From a virus (taxonomy: Duplodnaviria > Heunggongvirae > Uroviricota > Caudoviricetes), in IMG/VR virus record IMGVR_UViG_3300028789_000005: a stretch of 64,000 bases of DNA. One strand, 5' to 3'. Position 1 is the first letter of the stretch; each line of letters begins with the position of its first letter. Below, one piece after another: positions 42,721-51,084 of this stretch. The notes under the pieces are model-generated. The model did not search any database and had not been told where the DNA came from. It was given only the letters and a program-made list of their open reading frames with translations. The translations under genes and the position numbers were made by a program.

Positions 42721-42905
42721 CACCGGATCGTGGGACTGAGGTCGTGTATACAGCGCCCAATGGAACGTCGTTCCAGGCGGTCGTAGTGAATGGTCGTCTG
42801 GAGGATGACGGGCTTTTGGCGATTCGGCACAAAGCGGATGGCCGGTTGGTGTTCGCGAATCCAGATTTTCTGGAGAAAGTCGTAGTTCCAGAAAACGAGC
42901 TATAA
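42717..42905 (+). CDS. hypothetical small protein
   Basis: ORF track; ATGA overlap. Confidence 0.4.
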   Translation: MTPDRGTEVVYTAPNGTSFQAVVVNGRLEDDGLLAIRHKADGRLVFANPDFLEKVVVPENEL

Positions 42906-42906
42906 T
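42901..42906 (+). promoter_or_regulatory. promoter-like -10 box (gaGCTATAATc) 30 nt upstream of the 42936 start
   Basis: gYTATAAT motif family; the ATG is preceded by CAAGGAGCGCTACC. Confidence 0.35.
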
Positions 42907-42935
42907 CCTAATCAGCGCACAAGGAGCGCTACCCA

Positions 42936-43967
42936 ATGCCTGAAGTGATCTCAGAAAACATCGTCCGCAAGATTCAACTCCTCCTCCAACTCGCAGAGCG
43001 CGCCGCTGGTAACGAAGTGGAAGCCGCCGCCGCCATGGCGAAGGCTCAAGAGCTTCTAGCACAGTACAACCTGGACCTCGCCACCGTACAAGACAAAGTC
43101 GTCAAGGGCGGTACGAACACGCCGGACGACGCCATGGCGAAGCGTGATTACGCCGTAACGAAGCGTTCAGCCATGTACCAGTGGCAGCGGAATCTTGTGC
43201 GCGCTTTGGCCGAGGCGAACTACTGCATCTACTGGACGGCCGAGGTACAGGAAGAGCTCTACATTCCGAAGAGCAAACGGAAGTACGATGATGACGAGGC
43301 CATGCAGAAGCGTTGGGTGAAGCGTCATAAGGTGCTTGGACGCACCGCCAACACGATGTCGGTCTTGATGATGGTGGACTACTTGATGGACACGATTGAA
43401 CGTCTACTACCGTACGAACAGAAAGAGCGACTCAGCCGGTCGGCTAGCAGCTGGCGCGAGGGCTGCTCTGATCGTCTGATTCAGCGCATCCAGGCGAAGG
43501 CCGAAGCCATGAAGAAAGCGGATTACGCCACTCAGGGAGAAGCTGCTTACACCACGGCCATCGCGTTACGGAACGTCGCTACCGCTGAGGAGATCGGGAA
43601 CTACGACTTCCAGAACGGCGCGGGTGCGTGGGCGGCGCGCGCCGCACGTATGAAGGCGAACGAAGAGCGTTGGGCCGCGCAGGACAAGTTGAACGCTGAA
43701 CGCGAAGCCAAGGAGCTCGCGGAACTGGAAGCGAAATTGGCACTGGAAACGCCTGCGCAGAAAGCCAAGCGTCTGAAAGCGGAAGCGCGTGAAGCGGAAC
43801 GGCGCGCTAAGTACAGCGAACGGTATTGGGAGGCTCAGGATCGCAAGGCGTATCGTGAAGCTTCGCGACGTGACCACGGAGCGTATCGGGCCGGGTCGGC
43901 AACGGCGGAGAAAATCGGCCTTGACGACCAGCTGAAGTCTGGTAAGACTGCTGGAAATCTAAGCTAA
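42936..43967 (+). CDS. DUF2786-like N-terminal domain protein with long charged coiled-coil
   Basis: ORF track. IVRKIQLLLQLAERAAGNEVEAAAAMAKAQELLAQYNLDL matches the conserved N-terminal module seen in many phage proteins of unknown function. Long E/K/A/R-rich helical region follows. Confidence 0.45.
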   Translation: MPEVISENIVRKIQLLLQLAERAAGNEVEAAAAMAKAQELLAQYNLDLATVQDKVVKGGTNTPDDAMAKRDYAVTKRSAMYQWQRNLVRALAEANYCIYWTAEVQEELYIPKSKRKYDDDEAMQKRWVKRHKVLGRTANTMSVLMMVDYLMDTIERLLPYEQKERLSRSASSWREGCSDRLIQRIQAKAEAMKKADYATQGEAAYTTAIALRNVATAEEIGNYDFQNGAGAWAARAARMKANEERWAAQDKLNAEREAKELAELEAKLALETPAQKAKRLKAEAREAERRAKYSERYWEAQDRKAYREASRRDHGAYRAGSATAEKIGLDDQLKSGKTAGNLS

Positions 43968-43991
43968 GTCGTTGAAATTGGGCCAGTTGCA

Positions 43992-44036
43992 CTCCAGAAA
44001 AATAGTTTTCAGATTCTCTGTTTTCTGGAGTATAAT
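43992..44036 (+). promoter_or_regulatory. operator-like 10-bp inverted repeat (CTCCAGAAAA n19 TTTTCTGGAG) fused to a promoter (-35-like TTCAGA, 17-nt spacer, -10 TATAAT)
   Basis: Seen directly: the left arm is 43992-44001 and the right arm is 44021-44030, abutting tataat at 44031-44036. A small hairpin GTGGC-n5-GCCAC (44044-44058) lies in the leader before the ATG at 44075. Confidence 0.5.
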
Positions 44037-44074
44037 CATTTCAGTGGCAAGAAGCCACTCAAAAGGAGCCTCAA

Positions 44075-44458
44075 ATGAACCTCACCGATAAACTCACAAT
44101 CGCCGCCCTAGTTGGAATCGCCTCCATCGGTCTGTCACAGACCCCGACCGTCAAGCCGGTGTCGCTCGCCACCACCGCGCCGTCTACGTCATTCGTAGTG
44201 CCTACCGCTCAGCCCGTTACCGCGTCGCTCTTCGCGAACGACGGTCCGATCAAGCCGGGTGCGAAGCTCGTAGTGGTAGGTAACGGTTGGTACAAGGCGT
44301 CGCCCACTACGTACGAGTTCCGTTCGGCCGGCAAGCTGATCGCGACGGTCGATTGCTCTCCTAACGGTACGTGGTACGCTCACCTTCACGCTGGTGCCAC
44401 GCTGGTTGCATTCACCACCCTGGACGCCGCGCAGTCGTTCATTGCTTCCAGCCGCTAG
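44075..44458 (+). CDS. secreted protein (signal peptide MNLTDKLTIAALVGIASIGLS|QT)
   Basis: ORF track; CAAAAGGAGCCTCAA upstream. Confidence 0.5.
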   Translation: MNLTDKLTIAALVGIASIGLSQTPTVKPVSLATTAPSTSFVVPTAQPVTASLFANDGPIKPGAKLVVVGNGWYKASPTTYEFRSAGKLIATVDCSPNGTWYAHLHAGATLVAFTTLDAAQSFIASSR

Positions 44459-44524
44459 TAGCTCGTCTTCACGCCTCTCTAACCTTCGTAGATATAGCGG
44501 TACAGGCCGCTAAGGAGAAACAAA

Positions 44525-44680
44525 ATGCCACAGTCCATGCAACAGAAGCGCAAGAACTCCCTCGAACTTCTCAAGTCAGCACTCATCAGCCGCATCGCGC
44601 AGGAAGAGTTCAAGAAGGCTGAGAACCTCGCCCGCATGATCCAGTTCACCGAAGCCGCCATCGCGAAGGGTGGACGCTAA
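44525..44680 (+). CDS. hypothetical 51-aa helical protein
   Basis: ATG preceded by CTAAGGAGAAACAAA. Below the ORF-track cutoff. Confidence 0.35.
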   Translation: MPQSMQQKRKNSLELLKSALISRIAQEEFKKAENLARMIQFTEAAIAKGGR

Positions 44681-44681
44681 C

Positions 44682-46241
44682 ATGGCAAAGTCAATCCTGA
44701 AGAACATCAAGGCAGCACCGAGCGCGAAAGCTGTCAAGGCTGTTGGCAAGAAGTTGATCAAGACGGCTAAGGGCGAAACAGTCGTAGCCACGCACGACAT
44801 CCACAATAAGTCGCTCGCTCCCACCGCGCCCGTAACGCCGCTGACTCAGGCGTTCGTCAAGGCCGGATTCGTATACAGCCGCACTGAGGAGGTAGATAAC
44901 AATACCGCTCATGGCTATACACGCGAAGACGGTGCGGCGCTTCTATTCACGCACGCTGGCAGTTCGTCCAGCATCAACACCGCGTGGCAGGTGAAGTTTG
45001 CGGACGGCTCCACGGCTGAAGGCAAGAACGCTCAGCAATTCGTAAAGACCATGTACGACGCTAAGGGACCGGCTCCGTTACCTAGCAACGTCGTGGCCGC
45101 GCTGGACGCGCTACGTAAGCTGACGGCTGGCAAGTATCGCATCAGCGATCTGGCTGGCGACGCCAACTACAAGGCGCGCGTGCAGCTTCTGAAGCTGCTA
45201 CGTAAGACTGACAAGGTACTGGTCAAGGAGAGCGGCGTCAACAAAGTGCTGACCGAGTTCTACGTCGCGCTCGGCATCGCGAAGTCGTCCGTGGCCGGTA
45301 TGGAGTCGGCATTCAGCGCGAAGTGCATGGAGCTCGCGAAGAGTGCCAGCAAGACGGAGCGCGCGGTAGCGAAGGTAGAGAAGGCTGTAATCGCTGACGA
45401 GCTTCGGAAGACGGTACACACCCGCGTCGTATTCGATGGCAAGCCGATCCTGGACGCGCCCAAGAAGATGAACAAGAAGCAAGAAGCCAAGGACAGCGCC
45501 GATTTCAAGCTGGAACTGGCGGCACGAGTCAAGCGTGCGGAGCGCGAAACGGCGAACATGCCAATGGCGCAGCCGAAGTCGGATGCTGATATCTACGTCA
45601 ACCTGGACGAGATATTCCTGCTGGAAGATCCCAATAATGGTATCGTTTTGCTACAGTTGGAAAAACCCAATTCGCAGGGCGCGATTTGCGTGTATAATAA
45701 CGGGAGTCGCGTTGCTGCCGGAGTAGTACCGACAGAAGTTCTGAGAACACTGCGTCAGATCACAAGTAGCGATCTAGTGAGAGACGTAAATCAGTTACTA
45801 CACCCCATTACGGCTGGAGTTGTAGTTTCGTCCGTGGCTGAACGCCACCTTACAGCGGTGTTAGATCACTGCAAGGAGAACATCATGACCACTGCAACCG
45901 TTGAAACCAAGAAGCAGAAATTCGCACCTCCCGCTGGAACAGCCAAGAAGACCGCGAAGAACGCTGTCACGACCAAGGTCAAGGCAACCGTAACCAAGAA
46001 GGCCGACAAGGCACCGCGCGCCGCAGCCGCCGATCGCAAGATCAAGGCGTTAGTAACGTTGAAGTCGGAGTCGTTGCCCCGCGAAGGCAGCTTCTGCTAC
46101 GGTCAAGTTGAGGCCATCATCGGCTCCAAGACCGTGAGCGAGGCTCAGGCCAAGCTGGACAAGTCCAAGCTGAATCCCAGCGGTCGCAAGCTGGAAGTGG
46201 CGTGGCTGGTGAAGCAGGGCTACCTGTCCGTCATCGAGTAG
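44682..46241 (+). CDS. hypothetical protein with histone H1-like Lys/Ala-rich N- and C-terminal segments
   Basis: ORF track 44670..46241, start placed at ATG 44682, two nt after the previous stop. KAVKAVGKKLIKTAK at the N-terminus and TKKQKFAPPAGTAKKTAKNAVTTKVKATVTKKADKAPRAAAADRKIKA near the C-terminus. Confidence 0.55.
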   Translation: MAKSILKNIKAAPSAKAVKAVGKKLIKTAKGETVVATHDIHNKSLAPTAPVTPLTQAFVKAGFVYSRTEEVDNNTAHGYTREDGAALLFTHAGSSSSINTAWQVKFADGSTAEGKNAQQFVKTMYDAKGPAPLPSNVVAALDALRKLTAGKYRISDLAGDANYKARVQLLKLLRKTDKVLVKESGVNKVLTEFYVALGIAKSSVAGMESAFSAKCMELAKSASKTERAVAKVEKAVIADELRKTVHTRVVFDGKPILDAPKKMNKKQEAKDSADFKLELAARVKRAERETANMPMAQPKSDADIYVNLDEIFLLEDPNNGIVLLQLEKPNSQGAICVYNNGSRVAAGVVPTEVLRTLRQITSSDLVRDVNQLLHPITAGVVVSSVAERHLTAVLDHCKENIMTTATVETKKQKFAPPAGTAKKTAKNAVTTKVKATVTKKADKAPRAAAADRKIKALVTLKSESLPREGSFCYGQVEAIIGSKTVSEAQAKLDKSKLNPSGRKLEVAWLVKQGYLSVIE

Positions 46242-46307
46242 TTCAGCGTAGTAGCGCGAGTCCGGCGCGTTATCCGGACACATCTCAGCCTGAAAAGGAT
46301 TGACATC

Positions 46308-46502
46308 ATGCCTACCTCTCTAGCTCGTCGTATCCGCCGCATTGGCATCCTGCCTTCCATAACCGTTGACGGCGTTACGAAGCGTCGCTTCGAGGAAATG
46401 AGCTCGTCTGCTCGTTCTAAGATGGAAGACGCCATACGAGCCGAACGAGCGCCGCGTCATGCGAAGTTTCTGGCGGCGCGCAAGTCGGCTAGAAGCAAGT
46501 AA
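46308..46502 (+). CDS. hypothetical small basic protein
   Basis: ORF track; GAAAAGGATTGACATC upstream. Confidence 0.4.
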   Translation: MPTSLARRIRRIGILPSITVDGVTKRRFEEMSSSARSKMEDAIRAERAPRHAKFLAARKSARSK

Positions 46503-46535
46503 ACCACTACAGATAGCCTGAACACGAAGAGTATG

Positions 46536-46567
46536 AGACGCCCAGAACATCGGGCGTCTTTGTATTT
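46536..46567 (+). terminator. rho-independent terminator-like hairpin (AGACGCCC-loop8-GGGCGTCT followed by TTGTATTT)
   Basis: Seen directly; an alternative overlapping hairpin GGCGTCT...AGACGCC (about 46553-46587) could form instead. Confidence 0.5.
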
Positions 46568-46588
46568 CCCCGGGTGTCTTAGACGCCT

Positions 46589-47512
46589 TTGCCACGTAAG
46601 AGGAGAACGATCCTGAAAAACCTAACACTCATCATCCCCACGCACGGTCGTGTTAACAAGCAGATAACGCTCCAGGCGCTGCCGACTGCGCTCCAGGCCG
46701 AGGTCATCCTCGTGGCTTCGTTGCCTGACGAAGCCAAGGCGCTGAAGAAGCTGTACCCGGCTAACCAAGTGCTTACAGCCAAGGGCACTACATCCATCGC
46801 TACGAAGCGTCACTGGATTATGAAGAACGTAGCCGGCAAGTTTCTATTTATGATGGACGACGACCTGGCGTTCTTCGAGCGCTGCCCGGCTAAGTGGCGC
46901 GTGTGGGAGGAGCATCGCAAGGCGTACGCCGTAGCTCCGGACGCACCGGCTGGAACCTCGCTGATGATGCGTCGCTATCCTAAGGACAAGGTCCTCTTGA
47001 AGCTATTCCAGGAGATGGATTCCTACGCTGGTAAAGAGCACGACCTCGGTATGATCGGCATCGCGCATCGGCGTCACTCTGACAAGAAGAAAGCGGCGTG
47101 GGAGAAGAACGCAAGGATGATGTATGCTTTCGGTGTCAACCGAGAGCTCTATCTCAAAGAGAAGATTCGCTTCGACGCCATAGGTCTGCGCGAGGACTTC
47201 CACGTGGTGTTGTCCATGTTGCGTAAAGGCCATGAGTGCCACAACTACGTCGAGCTACTCAACAACGAGTACGGCACATTCGGCGCGGCGGGAGGGTGCA
47301 GCGGCGAGCGCAGTATGGAGTACAGCGACGCCCAGTGCTTCGAGTTGGCCAAGCTACACCCCGGCTTCGTGAAGGTGGTGGACCGCGCGTACACCACGAC
47401 GGCTGTGCGTAAGGAGGTCGTGGTAGCCTGGAAGAAGGCTTACCTCTCCTCTCTGGCTCAGCCCAAGGTTCCAAGCGTACGGAAGGCAGCAAAGAAAGCG
47501 GTGACGGCATGA
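46589..47512 (+). CDS. GT-A fold (GT2-like) glycosyltransferase
   Basis: ORF track; TTG start with no clear RBS, so the start is uncertain. LTLIIPTHGR resembles the GT2 N-terminal IIPT(Y/H)N. FLFMMDDDLAFF gives a DxD/DDD motif about 90 aa downstream. No TM segments. Confidence 0.5.
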   Translation: MPRKRRTILKNLTLIIPTHGRVNKQITLQALPTALQAEVILVASLPDEAKALKKLYPANQVLTAKGTTSIATKRHWIMKNVAGKFLFMMDDDLAFFERCPAKWRVWEEHRKAYAVAPDAPAGTSLMMRRYPKDKVLLKLFQEMDSYAGKEHDLGMIGIAHRRHSDKKKAAWEKNARMMYAFGVNRELYLKEKIRFDAIGLREDFHVVLSMLRKGHECHNYVELLNNEYGTFGAAGGCSGERSMEYSDAQCFELAKLHPGFVKVVDRAYTTTAVRKEVVVAWKKAYLSSLAQPKVPSVRKAAKKAVTA

Positions 47513-47676
47513 AGTGCGAAAATTGCAAGAAGAAGTGTGCGAATCGGTTCTGTAACCTTGGCTGCTTCAACCGGTGGGTGCGGCGTGGTAATCGCAAACT
47601 GGTGGAGGACGCGCACAAGAGCGGCACGGAGGATTACCGCGTCGTCGTACGGAAGATGATGGGAGGCACGGCGTGA
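47509..47676 (+). CDS. 55-aa Cys-rich mini-protein (MKCENCKKKCANRFCNLGCFNRW...)
   Basis: ATGA overlap with the GT gene and GTGA overlap with the next gene. Below the ORF-track cutoff. Confidence 0.35.
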   Translation: MKCENCKKKCANRFCNLGCFNRWVRRGNRKLVEDAHKSGTEDYRVVVRKMMGGTA

Positions 47677-48410
47677 TCATTCACCACAAGATTCAGCGCA
47701 ACAGCGGAGCAGCCCTAGAGCCGTGTATCTATAAGAGTGGCCATGGTGTGCCGACGCAAGGCGCTAAGATGCGCGCCTATCCGGACGTATTTGTGCCGGT
47801 GCTAGGTATAACGACTGGCGGCTACGTCATGCCGGTAATGGGCGAACCATCGCCGGTACTGGACCTGCCGTTGGCGCTGGCCCGGTTGGCTGCTTTATGG
47901 GACCTGCCGGTGGCGCATGTCTACGATTATGAGGGCCGCCGTCGCCACCACGTAGTCCAAGTAGAGCCGTTCACTCGCACAGAAGGCTTTCCGCCTATTA
48001 TCCGGTCGGCGCTGACGACGTGGTACGAACGAATTGGTAGTACGCAAAGCAAAGGAGCACAGGTCGTACATGGTGATCCCACCCTGGAGAACTACGTACG
48101 CGACGGTTATTGGCTAGACCCTAGTACGCGTCCATTGCCACAAGAGGCCGAGCTTGACGGCGGCAAGCTGCTGCAGTCGTACTTCCACTACGGTCGCCCT
48201 TGCCTGGAGTCGGAACGTTACATGATACGTAAGTTCTTGGTCGAGCAAAAATTGAACCTGGACCTCTGTATCTACTACATGCTGACGCACATCATTCGGC
48301 TGTATGGTGTGCAGCCGCAGGCGCGTGTATGGGCCATTGACGTCGTATCGGGCCTGCGTAATTTGGCGGAAGAACTTCGCACGGAAATGAGAGTGGATGC
48401 ATGCAAGTAG
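47673..48410 (+). CDS. APH/choline-kinase-like phosphotransferase (possible anomeric sugar kinase)
   Basis: ORF track; GTG start. VHGDPTLENYVRDGYWLDPS resembles the HGDxxxxN...D catalytic loop of the aminoglycoside/choline/sugar kinase fold. Confidence 0.45.
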   Translation: MIIHHKIQRNSGAALEPCIYKSGHGVPTQGAKMRAYPDVFVPVLGITTGGYVMPVMGEPSPVLDLPLALARLAALWDLPVAHVYDYEGRRRHHVVQVEPFTRTEGFPPIIRSALTTWYERIGSTQSKGAQVVHGDPTLENYVRDGYWLDPSTRPLPQEAELDGGKLLQSYFHYGRPCLESERYMIRKFLVEQKLNLDLCIYYMLTHIIRLYGVQPQARVWAIDVVSGLRNLAEELRTEMRVDACK

Positions 48411-49120
48411 TTATTCTGGCGGCAGGACGCGGTGAACGATTTGTCAGTAACGGGGTAATGACGCCTAAACCGCTGCTCCCAGCGCGCGGTCGCACGATGA
48501 TACAGCATGCGCTGGTCCAGGCGTCTGAAATCATCAAGACGCCTGTCGTTGTGTGCTTGGTGGATTTGTACAGTGAGCTTCACAAGCAAACGCCGAAGAA
48601 CATGCATCCGATCCGCGTGCCCATTCGGTTCGTGCAGAAGGGTGCGGCCATGTCTTTGTTGGCGGCGTCAGGTGTGATTCGCGATACCGATCCGGTGCTG
48701 GTCATGGACTGTGACACCATCTTCAAGAGTGGTGTGCTTGCTAAGTTCTCTGAGTTTAGTGAGGCTTGCTTCAAGTCTGGCGTGCAGTCTTCTATGCTGT
48801 GCTTCCGTCCTAAGGATGACAGCGAGCGCTACAGTTTCGTTATCATGAAGGATCACTTAGTGACGCAGGTGGTGGAGAAGCAGCGCATAAGCGGTATTGC
48901 TTCTTGCGGCGTTCATGCATTCCAGTCGTGGGAGCTTGCCAAGCGCGCCATCTACGAGATGGTGATTCTCAGTACGATGACTAACGGTGAGTACTATCTG
49001 GCACCGTGCCACAACAATTTGCAGTTGACCACGGCCATGGTGATCGCAGCCGATGAATTCAACCACGTAGGCACACCGGCTGAACTGGAGGCGTATGAGC
49101 AAGCAGTTCCCAAGGCTTGA
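48401..49120 (+). CDS. sugar-1-phosphate nucleotidyltransferase (NTP_transferase family)
   Basis: ORF track. The N-terminal VVILAAGRGERF matches the (L)AGGxGTRL nucleotide-binding signature of sugar nucleotidyltransferases; about 240 aa, like MurU/RmlA-type enzymes. Confidence 0.6.
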   Translation: MQVVILAAGRGERFVSNGVMTPKPLLPARGRTMIQHALVQASEIIKTPVVVCLVDLYSELHKQTPKNMHPIRVPIRFVQKGAAMSLLAASGVIRDTDPVLVMDCDTIFKSGVLAKFSEFSEACFKSGVQSSMLCFRPKDDSERYSFVIMKDHLVTQVVEKQRISGIASCGVHAFQSWELAKRAIYEMVILSTMTNGEYYLAPCHNNLQLTTAMVIAADEFNHVGTPAELEAYEQAVPKA

Positions 49121-49967
49121 AGAGTTCGTGTACTTCGTGAACGAGCGTTGGTCCATACATCAGAAGCGATTGGCTGGGAAGCCTGCTCCGTGGACGAAGG
49201 ATCCTATCCTGTTGGAATACCGCTTTACCAACGTACGTCGCGAAGACGACAGGGTCACTAAGTGTATACACGAAAACTGGTTACAGCCGCACGCGGAGGA
49301 CTACGACACGGTAGTCTTCGCAATGGCGCTGGCACGGTTGGTGAACTTGCCGGCGAGCCTGGAAGCGCTCGGTTATCCATCAAAATGGAATCCGAAGCGG
49401 TTTGTGAAGCTGATGGAGGCGCGCAAGAAGGACGGCATGGCGACGTTCACAGGGGCATACATGATAAACGCCGTCGGTGCTACCAAAGGACAGTCCAAGG
49501 CGTCGTACTTGGCCGACCAGGTGCTTGGGCCGTTGTGGAACAGCCGTAAGCTGCTAGGTAACTTGGTGCGTACCGGGTGTGAGCTTAGTACGTTGCAAGA
49601 AGCGCTCATGTTACATCACGGCTTCGGAGGTGGGTTCATGAGTGCGCAGGTCGTGGCGGATATTAAGCACCTGCCTTCTATGAAGAAGGCTGAAGACTGG
49701 ATGACGTTCGCAATGTCAGGGCCAGGAAGTCGTAGAGGGTTAAACTGGCTCGTGGGAAGAGAACCAACTGCGCGCTGGAACGAAGAGGAATGGCATGCTA
49801 CGCTGCTGGATTTGATGAAGGTAGCTCAGCCAAAGTTGAAATGCCCAGTGTTGGATGCGCAGAATCTACAGAACTGTCTGTGTGAATTCAGCAAATACTG
49901 CAAGGTGAAGTACAACGGCGGCAGAGCGAAGCAGAAGTTCCGCGCCAGCGGCGAAGCTTATAATTAA
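49095..49967 (+). CDS. conserved hypothetical protein embedded in the sugar/nucleotide module
   Basis: ORF track; overlaps the nucleotidyltransferase gene end by 26 nt. No family recognised. Confidence 0.5.
   Translation: MSKQFPRLEEFVYFVNERWSIHQKRLAGKPAPWTKDPILLEYRFTNVRREDDRVTKCIHENWLQPHAEDYDTVVFAMALARLVNLPASLEALGYPSKWNPKRFVKLMEARKKDGMATFTGAYMINAVGATKGQSKASYLADQVLGPLWNSRKLLGNLVRTGCELSTLQEALMLHHGFGGGFMSAQVVADIKHLPSMKKAEDWMTFAMSGPGSRRGLNWLVGREPTARWNEEEWHATLLDLMKVAQPKLKCPVLDAQNLQNCLCEFSKYCKVKYNGGRAKQKFRASGEAYN
49959..49964 (+). promoter_or_regulatory. promoter-like -10 box (agCTTATAATt) 29 nt upstream of ATG 49993
   Basis: gYTATAAT motif family; AAAGGAAG RBS before the ATG. Confidence 0.35.
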
Positions 49968-49992
49968 CCCATAGCAGCGAAAGGAAGTGAAG

Positions 49993-51084
49993 ATGTACAG
50001 TTACAAAGCTAGAGACGTAAATGAGGCGCTTTCACTTGGACTACAGCATTTGTTACACAGTGGAATCAAAGAGGACTCCAGAGTAGGTCCAGTGCTAGTA
50101 GCGCCAGGGCCGGTGTGTATCGAGTATACCGACCCAAGGCAGCGAGTGCTGTATTCACCAACGCGCGATGCGAACCACGTATTCCATGTGATGGAGGCGT
50201 TGTGGTTTTTCTCGGGGAGCAACGAACTGGAGTTTCCGGTTTTCTTTAATGCCTCATACTCGCAGTTTTCAGATGATGGCAAGACTATGTGGGACTCTTA
50301 CGGATGGCGCTGGCGAGAATTCTTCGGCTATGACCAGCTCGATGCCATAGTGGAGGAGCTCAAGTCGAATCCGGGAAGCAGGCGCTGCGTATTGGCGATG
50401 TGGAACGCTGATATTGCGCCAAGCGCCCCGCAATGGGAGGCGAAAAGTGGCGTACAGTACAGCGATGATCTTGGCGTTGCGTGCAACGGTGGTAAAGCCG
50501 TTCCGTGCAACACGCACGCTTACTTCGCCATACGAGCCGGCAAGCTGAACATGACCGTCATGAACCGCAGCAACGACAGTATGTGGGGCGCATTCGGCGC
50601 GAACGCGGTCCACTTCAGCTTCCTGTTGGAGTACATGGCGATGCGTATCGGTGTGCCGATGGGCAGTTACTATCAGTTCACGAACAATCTGCATACGTAT
50701 ACCGACAAGTTCAGTATTGACAAGCTGAACGCCATTGAATACGAGTGCGTTACGCTCGATCAGTTGGAACCTCTTGGACCCTCTATCACAGAAGGATTCG
50801 ACGACGACCTGAAGCTGTTCATGCCGTGGGCGCTGAAGGTGATACGTGCCACCCCACCGCCGGCAACGTTCCCGTCAGACGTATTACCAGAAGCTACGCA
50901 GCTTGCAGCGAACGTCCCCGCCTGCAAGACGCCATTCTTCCATGCGGTAGCCATTCCGATGTTCCTGTTCTGGGTGTTCCGAAAGTGGAAGGATGAATAC
51001 AGCAGCAACACTTGCCTCGATGGCATTGACGCGCCGGACTGGAAGCGCGCGTGCTACGAGTGGAAAGAACGGAGGCGGAAGTGA
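49993..51084 (+). CDS. thymidylate synthase (ThyA)-family enzyme with extended C-terminus: thymidylate synthase or dUMP hydroxymethylase
   Basis: ORF track 49987..51084, start placed at ATG 49993 after AAAGGAAG. RRCVLAMWNADIAP, AVPCNTHAYF (catalytic Cys), NRSNDSMWGAFGANAVHFSFLLEYMA and QFTNNLHTY align with the ThyA motifs RR..L.AWN, PCH..FQF, RSxDxxLGxPFNIASYALL and GDxHxY. An Asn is retained at the PFN position that sets dUMP specificity in ThyA. The ~100-aa C-terminal extension is not found in classical ThyA. Confidence 0.65.
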   Translation: MYSYKARDVNEALSLGLQHLLHSGIKEDSRVGPVLVAPGPVCIEYTDPRQRVLYSPTRDANHVFHVMEALWFFSGSNELEFPVFFNASYSQFSDDGKTMWDSYGWRWREFFGYDQLDAIVEELKSNPGSRRCVLAMWNADIAPSAPQWEAKSGVQYSDDLGVACNGGKAVPCNTHAYFAIRAGKLNMTVMNRSNDSMWGAFGANAVHFSFLLEYMAMRIGVPMGSYYQFTNNLHTYTDKFSIDKLNAIEYECVTLDQLEPLGPSITEGFDDDLKLFMPWALKVIRATPPPATFPSDVLPEATQLAANVPACKTPFFHAVAIPMFLFWVFRKWKDEYSSNTCLDGIDAPDWKRACYEWKERRRK

